15,010 bases of DNA, taken from NCBI GenBank assembly GCA_049975265.1, contig JBNGDF010000015.1, positions 44,201 to 59,210 on the forward strand, read 5' to 3'. Source of the DNA: Fidelibacterota bacterium. Its GTDB lineage: Bacteria; Fidelibacterota; UBA2242. The stretch's first letter is position 1; each line of letters opens with the position of its first letter. Below are positions 1-8,725 of the stretch, piece by piece. The position numbers and the translations under genes are program-made. The notes under the pieces are model-generated. The model did not search any database and was not told the DNA's origin. It saw nothing but the letters and a program-made list of their open reading frames with translations.

Positions 1-358
1 TGCTCCAGGGATTGTCCATGTGGTGAAAGCGGACCAGGTTTATTCCCATCTTGCGCATCCGACCGGCAATCAGACCGGCTTTGGTTTTGGTCGGGAAAGC
101 GCCATCCGCCGCCAGATTCACGCCCAGAAACCGAATCCGGCGATCCTTCACCGCAAAATGTCCTTCGCTATTGATTCTGATATACTCATCGGCTGCAATC
201 GGATTAACCGGAAAAGAGGGCAGAAATTTCTGCGTGCTGGAGTCATCTGCAGGGAGATAAAACGGAAAACCGTTTTCGAAATTTTGCGCCATGCCCGGCT
301 GAGCGATAAGCAACAGGACAAAGAGAAAAAATACGCCCACAGGATGTTGATTCTTCAT
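1..358 (-). CDS. Secreted glycoside hydrolase, clan GH-A, probably GH148-like beta-glucanase (5' part only; runs off the window's left edge)
   Basis: Not in the ORF track; translated by hand from ATG at 358, 1 nt after the GH3 stop: MKNQHPVGVFFLFVLLLIAQPGMA|QNFENGFPFYLPADDSSTQKFLP...GHFAVKDRRIRFLGVNLAADGAFPTKTKAGLIAGRMRKMGINLVRFHHMDNPWS. It is open to position 1. It has a signal peptide and the RF(L/W)GVN...GINxVRFHHMD pattern that I recall from the N-terminal barrel of GH148/GH5-like enzymes. Confidence 0.8.
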   Translation of the reverse strand, partial: MKNQHPVGVFFLFVLLLIAQPGMAQNFENGFPFYLPADDSSTQKFLPSFPVNPIAADEYIRINSEGHFAVKDRRIRFLGVNLAADGAFPTKTKAGLIAGRMRKMGINLVRFHHMDNPWS

Positions 359-359
359 T

Positions 360-2213
360 TCAGTAGCTTAATCCATAGCCATATTCGTAGAGCGGTTCAT
401 ATTCGGCATCACCGACATTCAGGGGAATCTGATCCATACTTCGCGGCCAGGAATGAGACAACCTACCCGTCGGTGCATAGTCGCCAAACAACACATCGGC
501 GACGCCAGCACCTTCGGTACCCGGCAGCCAGGCAGCCACAATTCCGTCGCATAGTAGAATTAAATTATCCAAAATCAATGGTCGCCCTGAGATAATCACC
601 ACCACAGTGGGGATCCCCGCTGATCTTAAATTTATGACCGTTGTAATATCCTGTTGGGAAAAGTTCAAATCACTGCGATCGCCAACCCCTTCGGCATAGG
701 GCGTCTCGCCAATCACAGCGATCGCCAGCTCGGCATCACCCGCCCCGAGCCCGTCCAGCGAGTAGGTCACGTTAATGGAATCAGCAGCCCGCTGCCGGAT
801 GGCTTCCAGAATCGTGGTGCCAATTGTTATGGTACCCGAGCTGCCCTGCCAGGAGATTGTCCAGCCGCCGCACTGATTGCCGATATCATCGGCGTTTTTC
901 CCGGCGACATGAATGTGCCGCACCCGATGGCTGACAGGCAGCACCTGATTATCATTTTTCAATAAAACCAGCGACTGGCGGACACACTCCCTGGCGATGT
1001 CCCGATGTGCTTGCGAACCGATTCCGGCTGTCAAAGACCGGTCGGCGAAGGGATGTTCGAACAGTCCCAGCGCAAACTTCTGCCGCAGAATCCGGCACAC
1101 GGCATCGTCTATCCGCTCCTGAGAGATTTTCCCCTGATCAACCAGTTGGAGCGTAACTGCCATAAATTCCTGATAGCGTTGGGGCAGCATCACCATATCA
1201 ATTCCGGCATTGATCGCAGTTTCAATGTCACTGCTGAACCCCCCCGGCAGCTGATCAATCCCGCTCCAATCGGACACCAGAAATCCATTAAAACCCAGCT
1301 CATCCTTCAGTACCGTCGTCAGCCAGTAGGAGTTACCGTGCATCTTTTCACCATTCCAGCTGCTGTAAGATGCCATAATCGAGCCGGCACCGGCGTTAAT
1401 TGCGGCTATATAACCGGGCAGGTGAATCTGGCGCATGGTGGTTTCATCGGCTTCAGTATTGCCCTGATCGTGTCCACCGGTAGTGCCGCCGTCGCCCAGA
1501 AAATGTTTGGGACAGGCTAAAATGGCAGAATTATCCGCCAGATCACCGCCCTGATAACCGGTAACTGCGGCAGCCGCCATCATCTCCGCCAGCTCCGGTG
1601 TTTCTCCGAAACCCTCATACGTCCGTCCCCAGCGTTCATCCCGCACCACGGCGATACAGGGTGAAAAAGTCCAGCGAATACCGGTTCCCGCGACCTCCTC
1701 CGCCGTCGCCCGGGCAGCCCGCTGTACCAGATCAGGATTTCGGGTACAACCCAATCCGATATTATGAGGAAAAATGACCGCACCGTAGACATTATTATGA
1801 CCGTGAACCGCATCAATTCCATAGAGAATAGGAATTCCCAGGCGGGAGTTCAGAGCCTGAAGCTGAAACCGGTCCACCATATCCGCCCAGGCGGAAGGCT
1901 GATTGACCGCCGGCACAGACCCTCCGCCGCTGAGAATGCTGCCGATTCCGTAGGTCTGGATATCCACTTCATTCTGTAAAAAACCGCGGTCAATCTGGAT
2001 CATCTGCCCGATCTTTTCAGCCAGTGTCATGCGGGACAGAAGATCGGCAACCCGTTCCTCAATGCCAAAGTCCGGGTTTTTATATATTTCTGAATATTTT
2101 ACACTGCTCACCGGCTCTTTTTCACAGCCTGTCATTAAGAGTAACAAAACGGTAAACAGAGCAACAAGGGCTGGATCTTTCCGACATTCACTTCTTTTGG
2201 AATACCCGCACAT
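360..2213 (-). CDS. GH3 beta-glucosidase / exo-beta-1,3/1,4-glucanase, predicted lipoprotein
   Basis: GH3 motifs MTLAEKIGQM, GIDAVHGH, RWGRTYEGFGE, KHF, nucleophile in GFLVSDW, and C-terminal WLPGTEG. Lipobox LMTG|C. The ORF track starts at 2252; the ATG at 2213 is preferred because it gives a normal-length signal peptide and less overlap with the GH16 gene. Confidence 0.95.
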   Translation of the reverse strand: MCGYSKRSECRKDPALVALFTVLLLLMTGCEKEPVSSVKYSEIYKNPDFGIEERVADLLSRMTLAEKIGQMIQIDRGFLQNEVDIQTYGIGSILSGGGSVPAVNQPSAWADMVDRFQLQALNSRLGIPILYGIDAVHGHNNVYGAVIFPHNIGLGCTRNPDLVQRAARATAEEVAGTGIRWTFSPCIAVVRDERWGRTYEGFGETPELAEMMAAAAVTGYQGGDLADNSAILACPKHFLGDGGTTGGHDQGNTEADETTMRQIHLPGYIAAINAGAGSIMASYSSWNGEKMHGNSYWLTTVLKDELGFNGFLVSDWSGIDQLPGGFSSDIETAINAGIDMVMLPQRYQEFMAVTLQLVDQGKISQERIDDAVCRILRQKFALGLFEHPFADRSLTAGIGSQAHRDIARECVRQSLVLLKNDNQVLPVSHRVRHIHVAGKNADDIGNQCGGWTISWQGSSGTITIGTTILEAIRQRAADSINVTYSLDGLGAGDAELAIAVIGETPYAEGVGDRSDLNFSQQDITTVINLRSAGIPTVVVIISGRPLILDNLILLCDGIVAAWLPGTEGAGVADVLFGDYAPTGRLSHSWPRSMDQIPLNVGDAEYEPLYEYGYGLSY

Positions 2214-3045
2214 AATCCACTTCCATGCGCTGCGGAAAGCTTGTTGTGTCATCGGGATTCCCCGGCCAGTTGCCCCCGACCGCTACATTCAATAACAGAT
2301 GAAAGCGCTGGTCGAAGGGCGCCGGATAGGCATAGCCGGTCGAATACCAGGAAGTCTGGGTCTGATAAAGGATATCATCAACATACCAGCGAAATTGGGT
2401 ACTATCCCAATCAAGGGTGAAGGTATGAAAATCGGTGGTAAATGAGCCTCCGGACAACGAATAGGCATCACCGGTATGGACATTATTCGGCCATTCCCCA
2501 CCATAGTGCAGCGTGCCGTAAACCTTTTGAGGTTCGTGACCGAGCAATTCCATAATGTCGATCTCGCCGCTGGCAGCCCAGCCACCATAAACCCAATCGG
2601 TTGGCAGCATCCAGATTGCCGGCCAGAGTCCCTGTCCTGAAGGTAATTTGGCACGAATTTCAAAGCGCCCGTATTTCCAATCCCCCCGGTTCCTGGTCCG
2701 CAAACGGGCGGATGTGTATTCGCGGGTTCCTTCCGGTCCCGTATAATGTTCCTTTAACGCCTGAATCACCAGAGCTGAATCCTCGACCCAGGAATTTTGC
2801 GACCGCTCCGTATAATATTGCAATTCGTTGTTACCACCACCCTGAGCATTGACTTCGTGTTCCCACTTTGTCAGGTCAATCGCAGCCCCGTCAAATTCAT
2901 CATGCCAGACCAGTTTATAGCCTTCGGGTACCGGAATAGGATCGGCTCCAGGCGAATTGTCGTGATTTTCAGCTATGTCAGCACAACCCAACATCAGGAA
3001 GAAGACCAGCAACCAGAGCGCAGTCAGTCTGAGTTTCATCATCAT
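2188..3045 (-). CDS. GH16 endo-1,3-beta-glucanase (laminarinase, GH16_3-like), predicted lipoprotein
   Basis: LVWHDEFDG, GGNNELQYY, GLWPAIWML, catalytic EIDIME (EXDXXE, beta-bulge type), LLNVAVGGNWPG. Lipobox LMLG|C. Confidence 0.95.
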   Translation of the reverse strand: MMMKLRLTALWLLVFFLMLGCADIAENHDNSPGADPIPVPEGYKLVWHDEFDGAAIDLTKWEHEVNAQGGGNNELQYYTERSQNSWVEDSALVIQALKEHYTGPEGTREYTSARLRTRNRGDWKYGRFEIRAKLPSGQGLWPAIWMLPTDWVYGGWAASGEIDIMELLGHEPQKVYGTLHYGGEWPNNVHTGDAYSLSGGSFTTDFHTFTLDWDSTQFRWYVDDILYQTQTSWYSTGYAYPAPFDQRFHLLLNVAVGGNWPGNPDDTTSFPQRMEVDYVRVFQKK

Positions 3046-3046
3046 C

Positions 3047-5326
3047 TTATTCCATTATTGTGCATTTGGTTTTCATAACATCTGTAGAATTTCCACCAAC
3101 CATGATCTCAAATTCACCAGGCTCTACGACAAATTCATAATTATCATTATAAAATCCAAAAGCCTTATCATCAAGTGTAAAAGTAATTTCTTGGCTCTCG
3201 CCTGCTTTCAATTCCACTTTTTCAAACGCCTTTAGCTCTTTTACCGGTCGGGCAATAGAGGCGACAAGGTCGCAGACATACAGCTGCACCACCGCTTTGC
3301 CATTAAATTTTCCCGTATTTTTCAGCGTGATACTTACCCGCAGCGTCTCCCCGATTCTGATGGCAGGCTGATTCAATTTCAGATTTGCATATTCAAAATC
3401 TGTATAACTCAGACCGTAGCCAAAAGGATAAAGCGGTTCTTTGGGACCATCGATATATTTTGACACAAAACCTTGTTGATCATCCAGCTGCGGTCTGCCG
3501 GTATTCAGTTCGTTATAAACCAGCGGCTCCTGACCAACGTGATACGGAAAAGTCACCGGCAATTTTCCCGAAGGAACGACATCACCAAATAAAATATCGG
3601 CAATGGCATTGCCCGATTCGCTCCCTGCCTCCCAGCTCATTAATATTGCAGGAACATTTTCAGCGAGCCAGGGAATGGTTAGCGGACGTCCACCGAACAG
3701 GACCACTACCACCGGTTTTCCCAGCCTGTTCAACTCCTGTAATAGCTCCAGCTGCCTTCCCGGAAGTCCAATATCCATACGGCTGCGGGCTTCGCCGGAC
3801 ATCATGGCGGTTTCACCGACGGCAGCAATAATGACCTCCGATCGGCGGGCTGCTTTGATCACGCTTTTAAAATCAATTCTCCCGTCATTATTAAAATCAA
3901 CTTTCCCGTCAAAACTACGGACATTGTTGTTGTCAATTTCAAGACCTTTAACGAAATGAATACGGGTTCCCGGTAAAACTTTCGTCTGTATACCTTCCAA
4001 AAGTGAGACCGCATTGTCAGTCCCCGCCTGGCAACGCCAGTTACCCAGCGGCGCATCCTTGTCATTTGACAACGGTCCAACAACCGCGATAGATTTAATA
4101 TCTTTCGCCAGCGGTAGGAGATTGTTACTGTTTTTCAGCAGTACCATTGATTCTGCCGCAATTTCCCGTGCAAGCGCCCGATTCTCATCTGTCAGCAGCT
4201 GCGTTCTTTCACGCTCTTCCGAACAGTATTTATAGGGATCCTCAAACAGCCCCAGCTGATATTTAATTGTCAGGATACGCCGCACGGATTCATCAATCAG
4301 GGCTTCATCAACTTTTCCTTCACGCACAAGGCTCTCCAGATGGCGCCGGTATGCAAAGGATTCCATGTCCATATCGGTCATCCCCGAAACCGCTATTTCA
4401 GCCGCCTGTCGCAGATCTGTCGCCACACCGTGGTCAATCAGCTCTGCGATGGAGGACCAATCCGACACCACGAATCCATCAAATCCCCATTTTCCTTTTA
4501 AAATATCATTCACCAGGAAGCGGTTTCCGGTAGCCGGAACTCCATTGAGAGTATTGAAGGCGTTCATGAAGGTGACAACACCGGCATCAACGGCGGCTTT
4601 AAACGGTGGAAGATAAATGTTAAAAATCGAGTAGGGTGACAGTTCAACGGCATTGTAATCCCGTCCGGCGCGGGCAGCACCATAGGCGGCGTAGTGCTTG
4701 GCACAAGCGGCAATGGTATTTTCCATACCCAGATCATTTCCCTGATATCCACGTATCTGGGCGCTAACCATTTGAGAAGCCAGAAAGGGGTCCTCGCCGG
4801 CTCCCTCCATGATCCTGCCCCAACGGGCATCGGGCGAAATATCCGACATGGGAGCAAACGTCCAGTGTATCCCCGAGGCGGCGGCTTCCGCAGCTGCAAC
4901 CGCTGCCGCCTTTTCTGCCAGTTCCGGATTCCAGGTTGCCGCCATTGCCAGTGGAACCGGAAAAGCGGTTTTAAATCCGTGAATTACATCTATCCCAAAA
5001 ATTAACGGTATATGCAGACGGCTGCTATCCACGGCTAATTGCTGAGCGGCACGGGTCGCCGCAGCACCAACGACATTCAGCATGGAGCCAACATTCCCAT
5101 TTTTTATATCATTATAACGATAGGCTTTGGCATCATCCACCGGTTTTGGACCGGTAATGTCCCACTCATTACTGTACTGGTTCATCTGTCCGATTTTTTC
5201 AGTCAGTGTCATCCGGGATAAGAGAGCCTCCACTTTTGTGGCGATTTCTTCCGGGGACAGCACCTGCCCTGACATCGTTACGGTTGCTAATCCCAGAATG
5301 AGCGGTATCCAGATAAAAGTTTTCAT
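3047..5326 (-). CDS. bglX: GH3 periplasmic beta-glucosidase, BglX-like, with C-terminal Fn3-like domain
   Basis: DVIHG, WTFAPM, RWGRIMEGAGEDP, KHY, GFVVSDW nucleophile, PLYPFGYGLSYT and VVQLYV..RPVKELKAFEK (Fn3-like). N-terminal signal peptide. Confidence 0.93.
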   Translation of the reverse strand: MKTFIWIPLILGLATVTMSGQVLSPEEIATKVEALLSRMTLTEKIGQMNQYSNEWDITGPKPVDDAKAYRYNDIKNGNVGSMLNVVGAAATRAAQQLAVDSSRLHIPLIFGIDVIHGFKTAFPVPLAMAATWNPELAEKAAAVAAAEAAASGIHWTFAPMSDISPDARWGRIMEGAGEDPFLASQMVSAQIRGYQGNDLGMENTIAACAKHYAAYGAARAGRDYNAVELSPYSIFNIYLPPFKAAVDAGVVTFMNAFNTLNGVPATGNRFLVNDILKGKWGFDGFVVSDWSSIAELIDHGVATDLRQAAEIAVSGMTDMDMESFAYRRHLESLVREGKVDEALIDESVRRILTIKYQLGLFEDPYKYCSEERERTQLLTDENRALAREIAAESMVLLKNSNNLLPLAKDIKSIAVVGPLSNDKDAPLGNWRCQAGTDNAVSLLEGIQTKVLPGTRIHFVKGLEIDNNNVRSFDGKVDFNNDGRIDFKSVIKAARRSEVIIAAVGETAMMSGEARSRMDIGLPGRQLELLQELNRLGKPVVVVLFGGRPLTIPWLAENVPAILMSWEAGSESGNAIADILFGDVVPSGKLPVTFPYHVGQEPLVYNELNTGRPQLDDQQGFVSKYIDGPKEPLYPFGYGLSYTDFEYANLKLNQPAIRIGETLRVSITLKNTGKFNGKAVVQLYVCDLVASIARPVKELKAFEKVELKAGESQEITFTLDDKAFGFYNDNYEFVVEPGEFEIMVGGNSTDVMKTKCTIME

Positions 5327-5352
5327 AATAGCCAGTATCCTTCTTTGTTTAA

Positions 5353-7152
5353 TTATTTCACCAATATCATCTTGCGTGTCTCTGAAAAAGACATCCCGGC
5401 ATTGCTGGCATCCATACGATAAAAATAGAGACCACCCGCCATATCACCTGCCTGCCATCGGGCAATATAACTGCCAGGATTCAAATAATTATCCACAATA
5501 CAGGCGATCTCATTGCCCAGCAGATCAAATATTTTAATCGTAATATCCGCCGGACTCATAATACGGTACTCAATCGTCGTGGCCGGATTGAAGGGGTTGG
5601 GGTAATTCTGACTCAGATAAAACCGAGCCGGAATGCCGGTTTCAGATTGTCCCGTTTTGCTCCCATATTGGTTGATGATAATTCCATTTAACAGGGTAAA
5701 ATCTTTATTGTCCGCCAGATGAATATCGAGAATACCGTCACTGACATAGACTTCGGACACTTCCAGATAGAATGCGGCATGTGCTCCGGCGGCGGCAAAC
5801 AGGTCCAGATCACGAACCACATATTCGCCCTCCACATTAATATCCATTAACCGGCAATCCGGGGCGTTGAAATAGTTTTCCGCCAGCATCAGGGAGACAG
5901 CGTATGTCCCGGCGGGCAGACGAACCTGATATTTGACAATACCGTGTTGCTCGGTCTGAAAAACCAAATCATCGGTGGTTCCGGAAACAGGCTGTCCGTA
6001 ATAGCTGCCCGGCGTACCGCCTATTTGTCCATAATCCCCTTCATGAGTCCAGTTCTGATCCGCCAGCCAGTCACCATAAGCGTCGCCACCAACATTTATT
6101 TTCAGCGGATATTGCCAGCGGGGCGGTGTCTGAATCGGAACTGACTGTCCGAGTAAGGTGTTCGCCGGAGCCGCCAGATCTTTAATCCCCAGCACGACTA
6201 AACTGTGGCTTGAGTTTTCATCAAATCCCTCAACAATCAGTTTCACATGTCGGTGATTGCGTTGCTGAATCGCTTTTACAACCGTAACACCCGAAATCAT
6301 ATAATTCCCGACTTTCTCCGCACTCTCCCGAGTGATCTCTTCTGAAAAAGCCACGAGCACTGTGTCATTCTGATAACGGGCGTATTCCGCAAAGGGTTTG
6401 TTTTTGTCGGTATAACCGGTGTTGATCGCATCGGTCAGACATAAAATCATTTTCCCATCCATGAACACACAATTTTCTGGGATAAAATCGCTGTTATTAC
6501 CATTCCAGGTATGAGAGGCTTTTGCCCAGCGATTGGTATCCCAGCTTTCAAAGTCATCCCGCCATTGAAAGGTAAAATTATTTTCCGTCCCTACATTTCC
6601 CGAATCGGGGGTATAGGAAGCATAACTGACCCAGTCATAATAGGCAAAAAAAGGCAGCATGCGGGTATCCAGGGTCCCAACCCATGAGCTATACGCCGGC
6701 GGCCAGATGTTCATCATGATTTTCTGAGCCCGGTTCAGTGCGGTAATATGATCACCGGTCTGACGGTGAACTTCCTCACCTTCGACAAACCAGGCAACAT
6801 AATCGGGGGTCCATTCGATGGCATAAGTGTGAAAATCAGCGGTCGGGTCAAAATTTACCCACTGGTGATGTTCGTGATTCGCCTGACCCGGTGTAATCGG
6901 ATTAAACTGTACATCATCGGTATAACGACCAAGAATTTCAATATCCAATTCGTTCCATTCACTGATACCACCACTGCCCAACTCGTGATAGGTGAAAAAA
7001 GTGGCGGTCTGCCCCGCTCCGTAGGAGGCTTTGTAATTGACCTCAAAACGACCATAGATATAGCTGCTTTTTGTCCGTAATTCAGCCCCTCTGAAATCTT
7101 TGCCATATACAAAGACCGGCAGGATCAGGAATAAAATAACGTATTTTCTCAT
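5353..7152 (-). CDS. Secreted multidomain GH16 (EXDXE, lichenase-like) + Ig-like + malectin-like module + C-terminal sorting domain
   Basis: YGRFEV, catalytic WNELDIE and FHTYAIEWTPDYVAW. Malectin-like segment KINVGG...LMLAENYF...MDINVEG...LLNGIII. CTD LSQNYPNPFNPATTIEY...GLYFYRM...TRKMILVK. The ATG at 7152 (MRKYVILFL signal peptide) is more likely than the GTG at 7164. Confidence 0.9.
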   Translation of the reverse strand: MRKYVILFLILPVFVYGKDFRGAELRTKSSYIYGRFEVNYKASYGAGQTATFFTYHELGSGGISEWNELDIEILGRYTDDVQFNPITPGQANHEHHQWVNFDPTADFHTYAIEWTPDYVAWFVEGEEVHRQTGDHITALNRAQKIMMNIWPPAYSSWVGTLDTRMLPFFAYYDWVSYASYTPDSGNVGTENNFTFQWRDDFESWDTNRWAKASHTWNGNNSDFIPENCVFMDGKMILCLTDAINTGYTDKNKPFAEYARYQNDTVLVAFSEEITRESAEKVGNYMISGVTVVKAIQQRNHRHVKLIVEGFDENSSHSLVVLGIKDLAAPANTLLGQSVPIQTPPRWQYPLKINVGGDAYGDWLADQNWTHEGDYGQIGGTPGSYYGQPVSGTTDDLVFQTEQHGIVKYQVRLPAGTYAVSLMLAENYFNAPDCRLMDINVEGEYVVRDLDLFAAAGAHAAFYLEVSEVYVSDGILDIHLADNKDFTLLNGIIINQYGSKTGQSETGIPARFYLSQNYPNPFNPATTIEYRIMSPADITIKIFDLLGNEIACIVDNYLNPGSYIARWQAGDMAGGLYFYRMDASNAGMSFSETRKMILVK

Positions 7153-7164
7153 GGGATAATCCAC

Positions 7165-8712
7165 CTACTCCGCTACGATTAAGCGGCTGCCATAATCCAA
7201 TTTATCATCGGTCGTCAAGAGCGGAAAGGACGGGGTGATAATCGGATAAGCAACCCCTTTTTGAATTGCAAAGAGATCAATATTGGTCAATTGTATTTTT
7301 TCAAAAGCATCCGTGTTAATCTGAATCATATCGTTGTACTTAATCTGCAGACTGTCAATGATCGGATTCAGGATTGTGTCAATAACCTTGATATAATTTT
7401 TACCGAATTCAGACCTGGCACCGAATTGATCCAGGTATCGGTTGCGCTGATATATGGCGAGCAAATTATCCTGCCACAGAGCCGCATAATTCCGGACTTC
7501 CGGCAATTTATCGTAACCAGCCTGATATGCGGCGGCATTAATCTGTAAATCTCTGAGCAGATCGGCAATCGCCAATTTCAGCTGTTCCGGAAATTCACGC
7601 CGGCTGATCTGTCGCTTCCGGAAAACCAGCGGATGCGACTGAATCGCCTTTTCCAGGTCCGCCACCGTCCAAACCGTTCCGTCGAATTCCATCAGCGGTT
7701 CATCCCGAATCTGTTCAATACCGGCGCTCCAGGATGGATCGAGTTCGATTTCCGAATCGGAACCCCAAAAACGTTGATTGAAAGCCTGCTTCTTTTCATC
7801 CAGGCTTTTCAGATAAACGGGCGCCAGGATTTCCGCCAACCGGAAAAAGGTTCGCTCCCGTAATTCCATCTTTTTCCCCTGCATAAGTCGCGCCACTTCG
7901 GCTGCATAGACCCGGTTCGCAGCCTGAGTTTTCAATTTGTCGTATACATCCTGATAGCGTTGTCGGATGTCCCGCTCACTGACAGCCGGCTCGGTCGTCC
8001 AGCCGCTGATTTGTATGATCATCCAGCTGCCGTCGGGATTTTGAAGCGGTCCAAGCAGCTGGTTCTTAGTCAGCGGTTCAGAATAAAAAATCTCCTGATA
8101 TTCATCACTAAGATCATCCTTAAAACTGATTTCGCGTTGTGGAATCGGTTCACCATCCAAAAGGTCGGCTGCCAGCAAATCAAAAGGAATATTTTCTGCT
8201 CTATTCAGATGAATCAATTGTGCCGCGGTTGCCTTGTCTGGCAAGCGCAGATAATGCACCCGGTATTTCCGACCTGCCAGCTGATAAACCTTATTCACCA
8301 ATGCCGTATCGGGCTCCGTTTTTTCCCACGCCTTCCGCAGGTAATACAGCTGCCGCATAGCCTGCTCCCGGCGCCCCCGGATATAATCCTGAAATTCCTC
8401 ATTTTGGGTTAGTTCATTATCCCCGCCCGCTTCCAACGCCAGCAATTTTTCGGCAATCAGCGAATTGAGTACGATTTTTCGGTGAATATAATTCTCCTGC
8501 CGGCAATACGCTGGTCGGATGGTATATTCCGCCCGGCGGATAAATTCATCCACACTTATTGTTTTATCACCAATTCTGGCAAGAATCATCTCTCCGGGTT
8601 GATCGGGGGCTTTTCTCCCACACGAGGCAATAATTAAAACGGAACCCAATACAATCAATTGCAGAATACTAATCATAGACGATCTTTTTGTTCTAACCAA
8701 TATATTATTCAC
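7165..8712 (-). CDS. SurA/PrsA-like (parvulin-type PPIase family) lipoprotein, probably with a degenerate PPIase domain and a duplicated helical chaperone unit
   Basis: Lipobox IAS|C. ILARIGDKTISVDEF...VLNSLIAEKLLALEA resembles a SurA-N unit. A second related unit is LMEFDGTVWTVADL...IADLLRDLQINAAAYQAGYDKLPEV. The central VHYL...GPLQNPDGSWMII segment is parvulin-like but divergent. Confidence 0.7.
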   Translation of the reverse strand: MNNILVRTKRSSMISILQLIVLGSVLIIASCGRKAPDQPGEMILARIGDKTISVDEFIRRAEYTIRPAYCRQENYIHRKIVLNSLIAEKLLALEAGGDNELTQNEEFQDYIRGRREQAMRQLYYLRKAWEKTEPDTALVNKVYQLAGRKYRVHYLRLPDKATAAQLIHLNRAENIPFDLLAADLLDGEPIPQREISFKDDLSDEYQEIFYSEPLTKNQLLGPLQNPDGSWMIIQISGWTTEPAVSERDIRQRYQDVYDKLKTQAANRVYAAEVARLMQGKKMELRERTFFRLAEILAPVYLKSLDEKKQAFNQRFWGSDSEIELDPSWSAGIEQIRDEPLMEFDGTVWTVADLEKAIQSHPLVFRKRQISRREFPEQLKLAIADLLRDLQINAAAYQAGYDKLPEVRNYAALWQDNLLAIYQRNRYLDQFGARSEFGKNYIKVIDTILNPIIDSLQIKYNDMIQINTDAFEKIQLTNIDLFAIQKGVAYPIITPSFPLLTTDDKLDYGSRLIVAE

Positions 8713-8725
8713 TTTATAATTCCCC

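Noticed and set aside
2214..2252. Longer GH3 N-terminus (ATG 2252) overlapping GH16 by 65 nt
   Set aside because: A later ATG at 2213 gives a more normal lipoprotein signal peptide.
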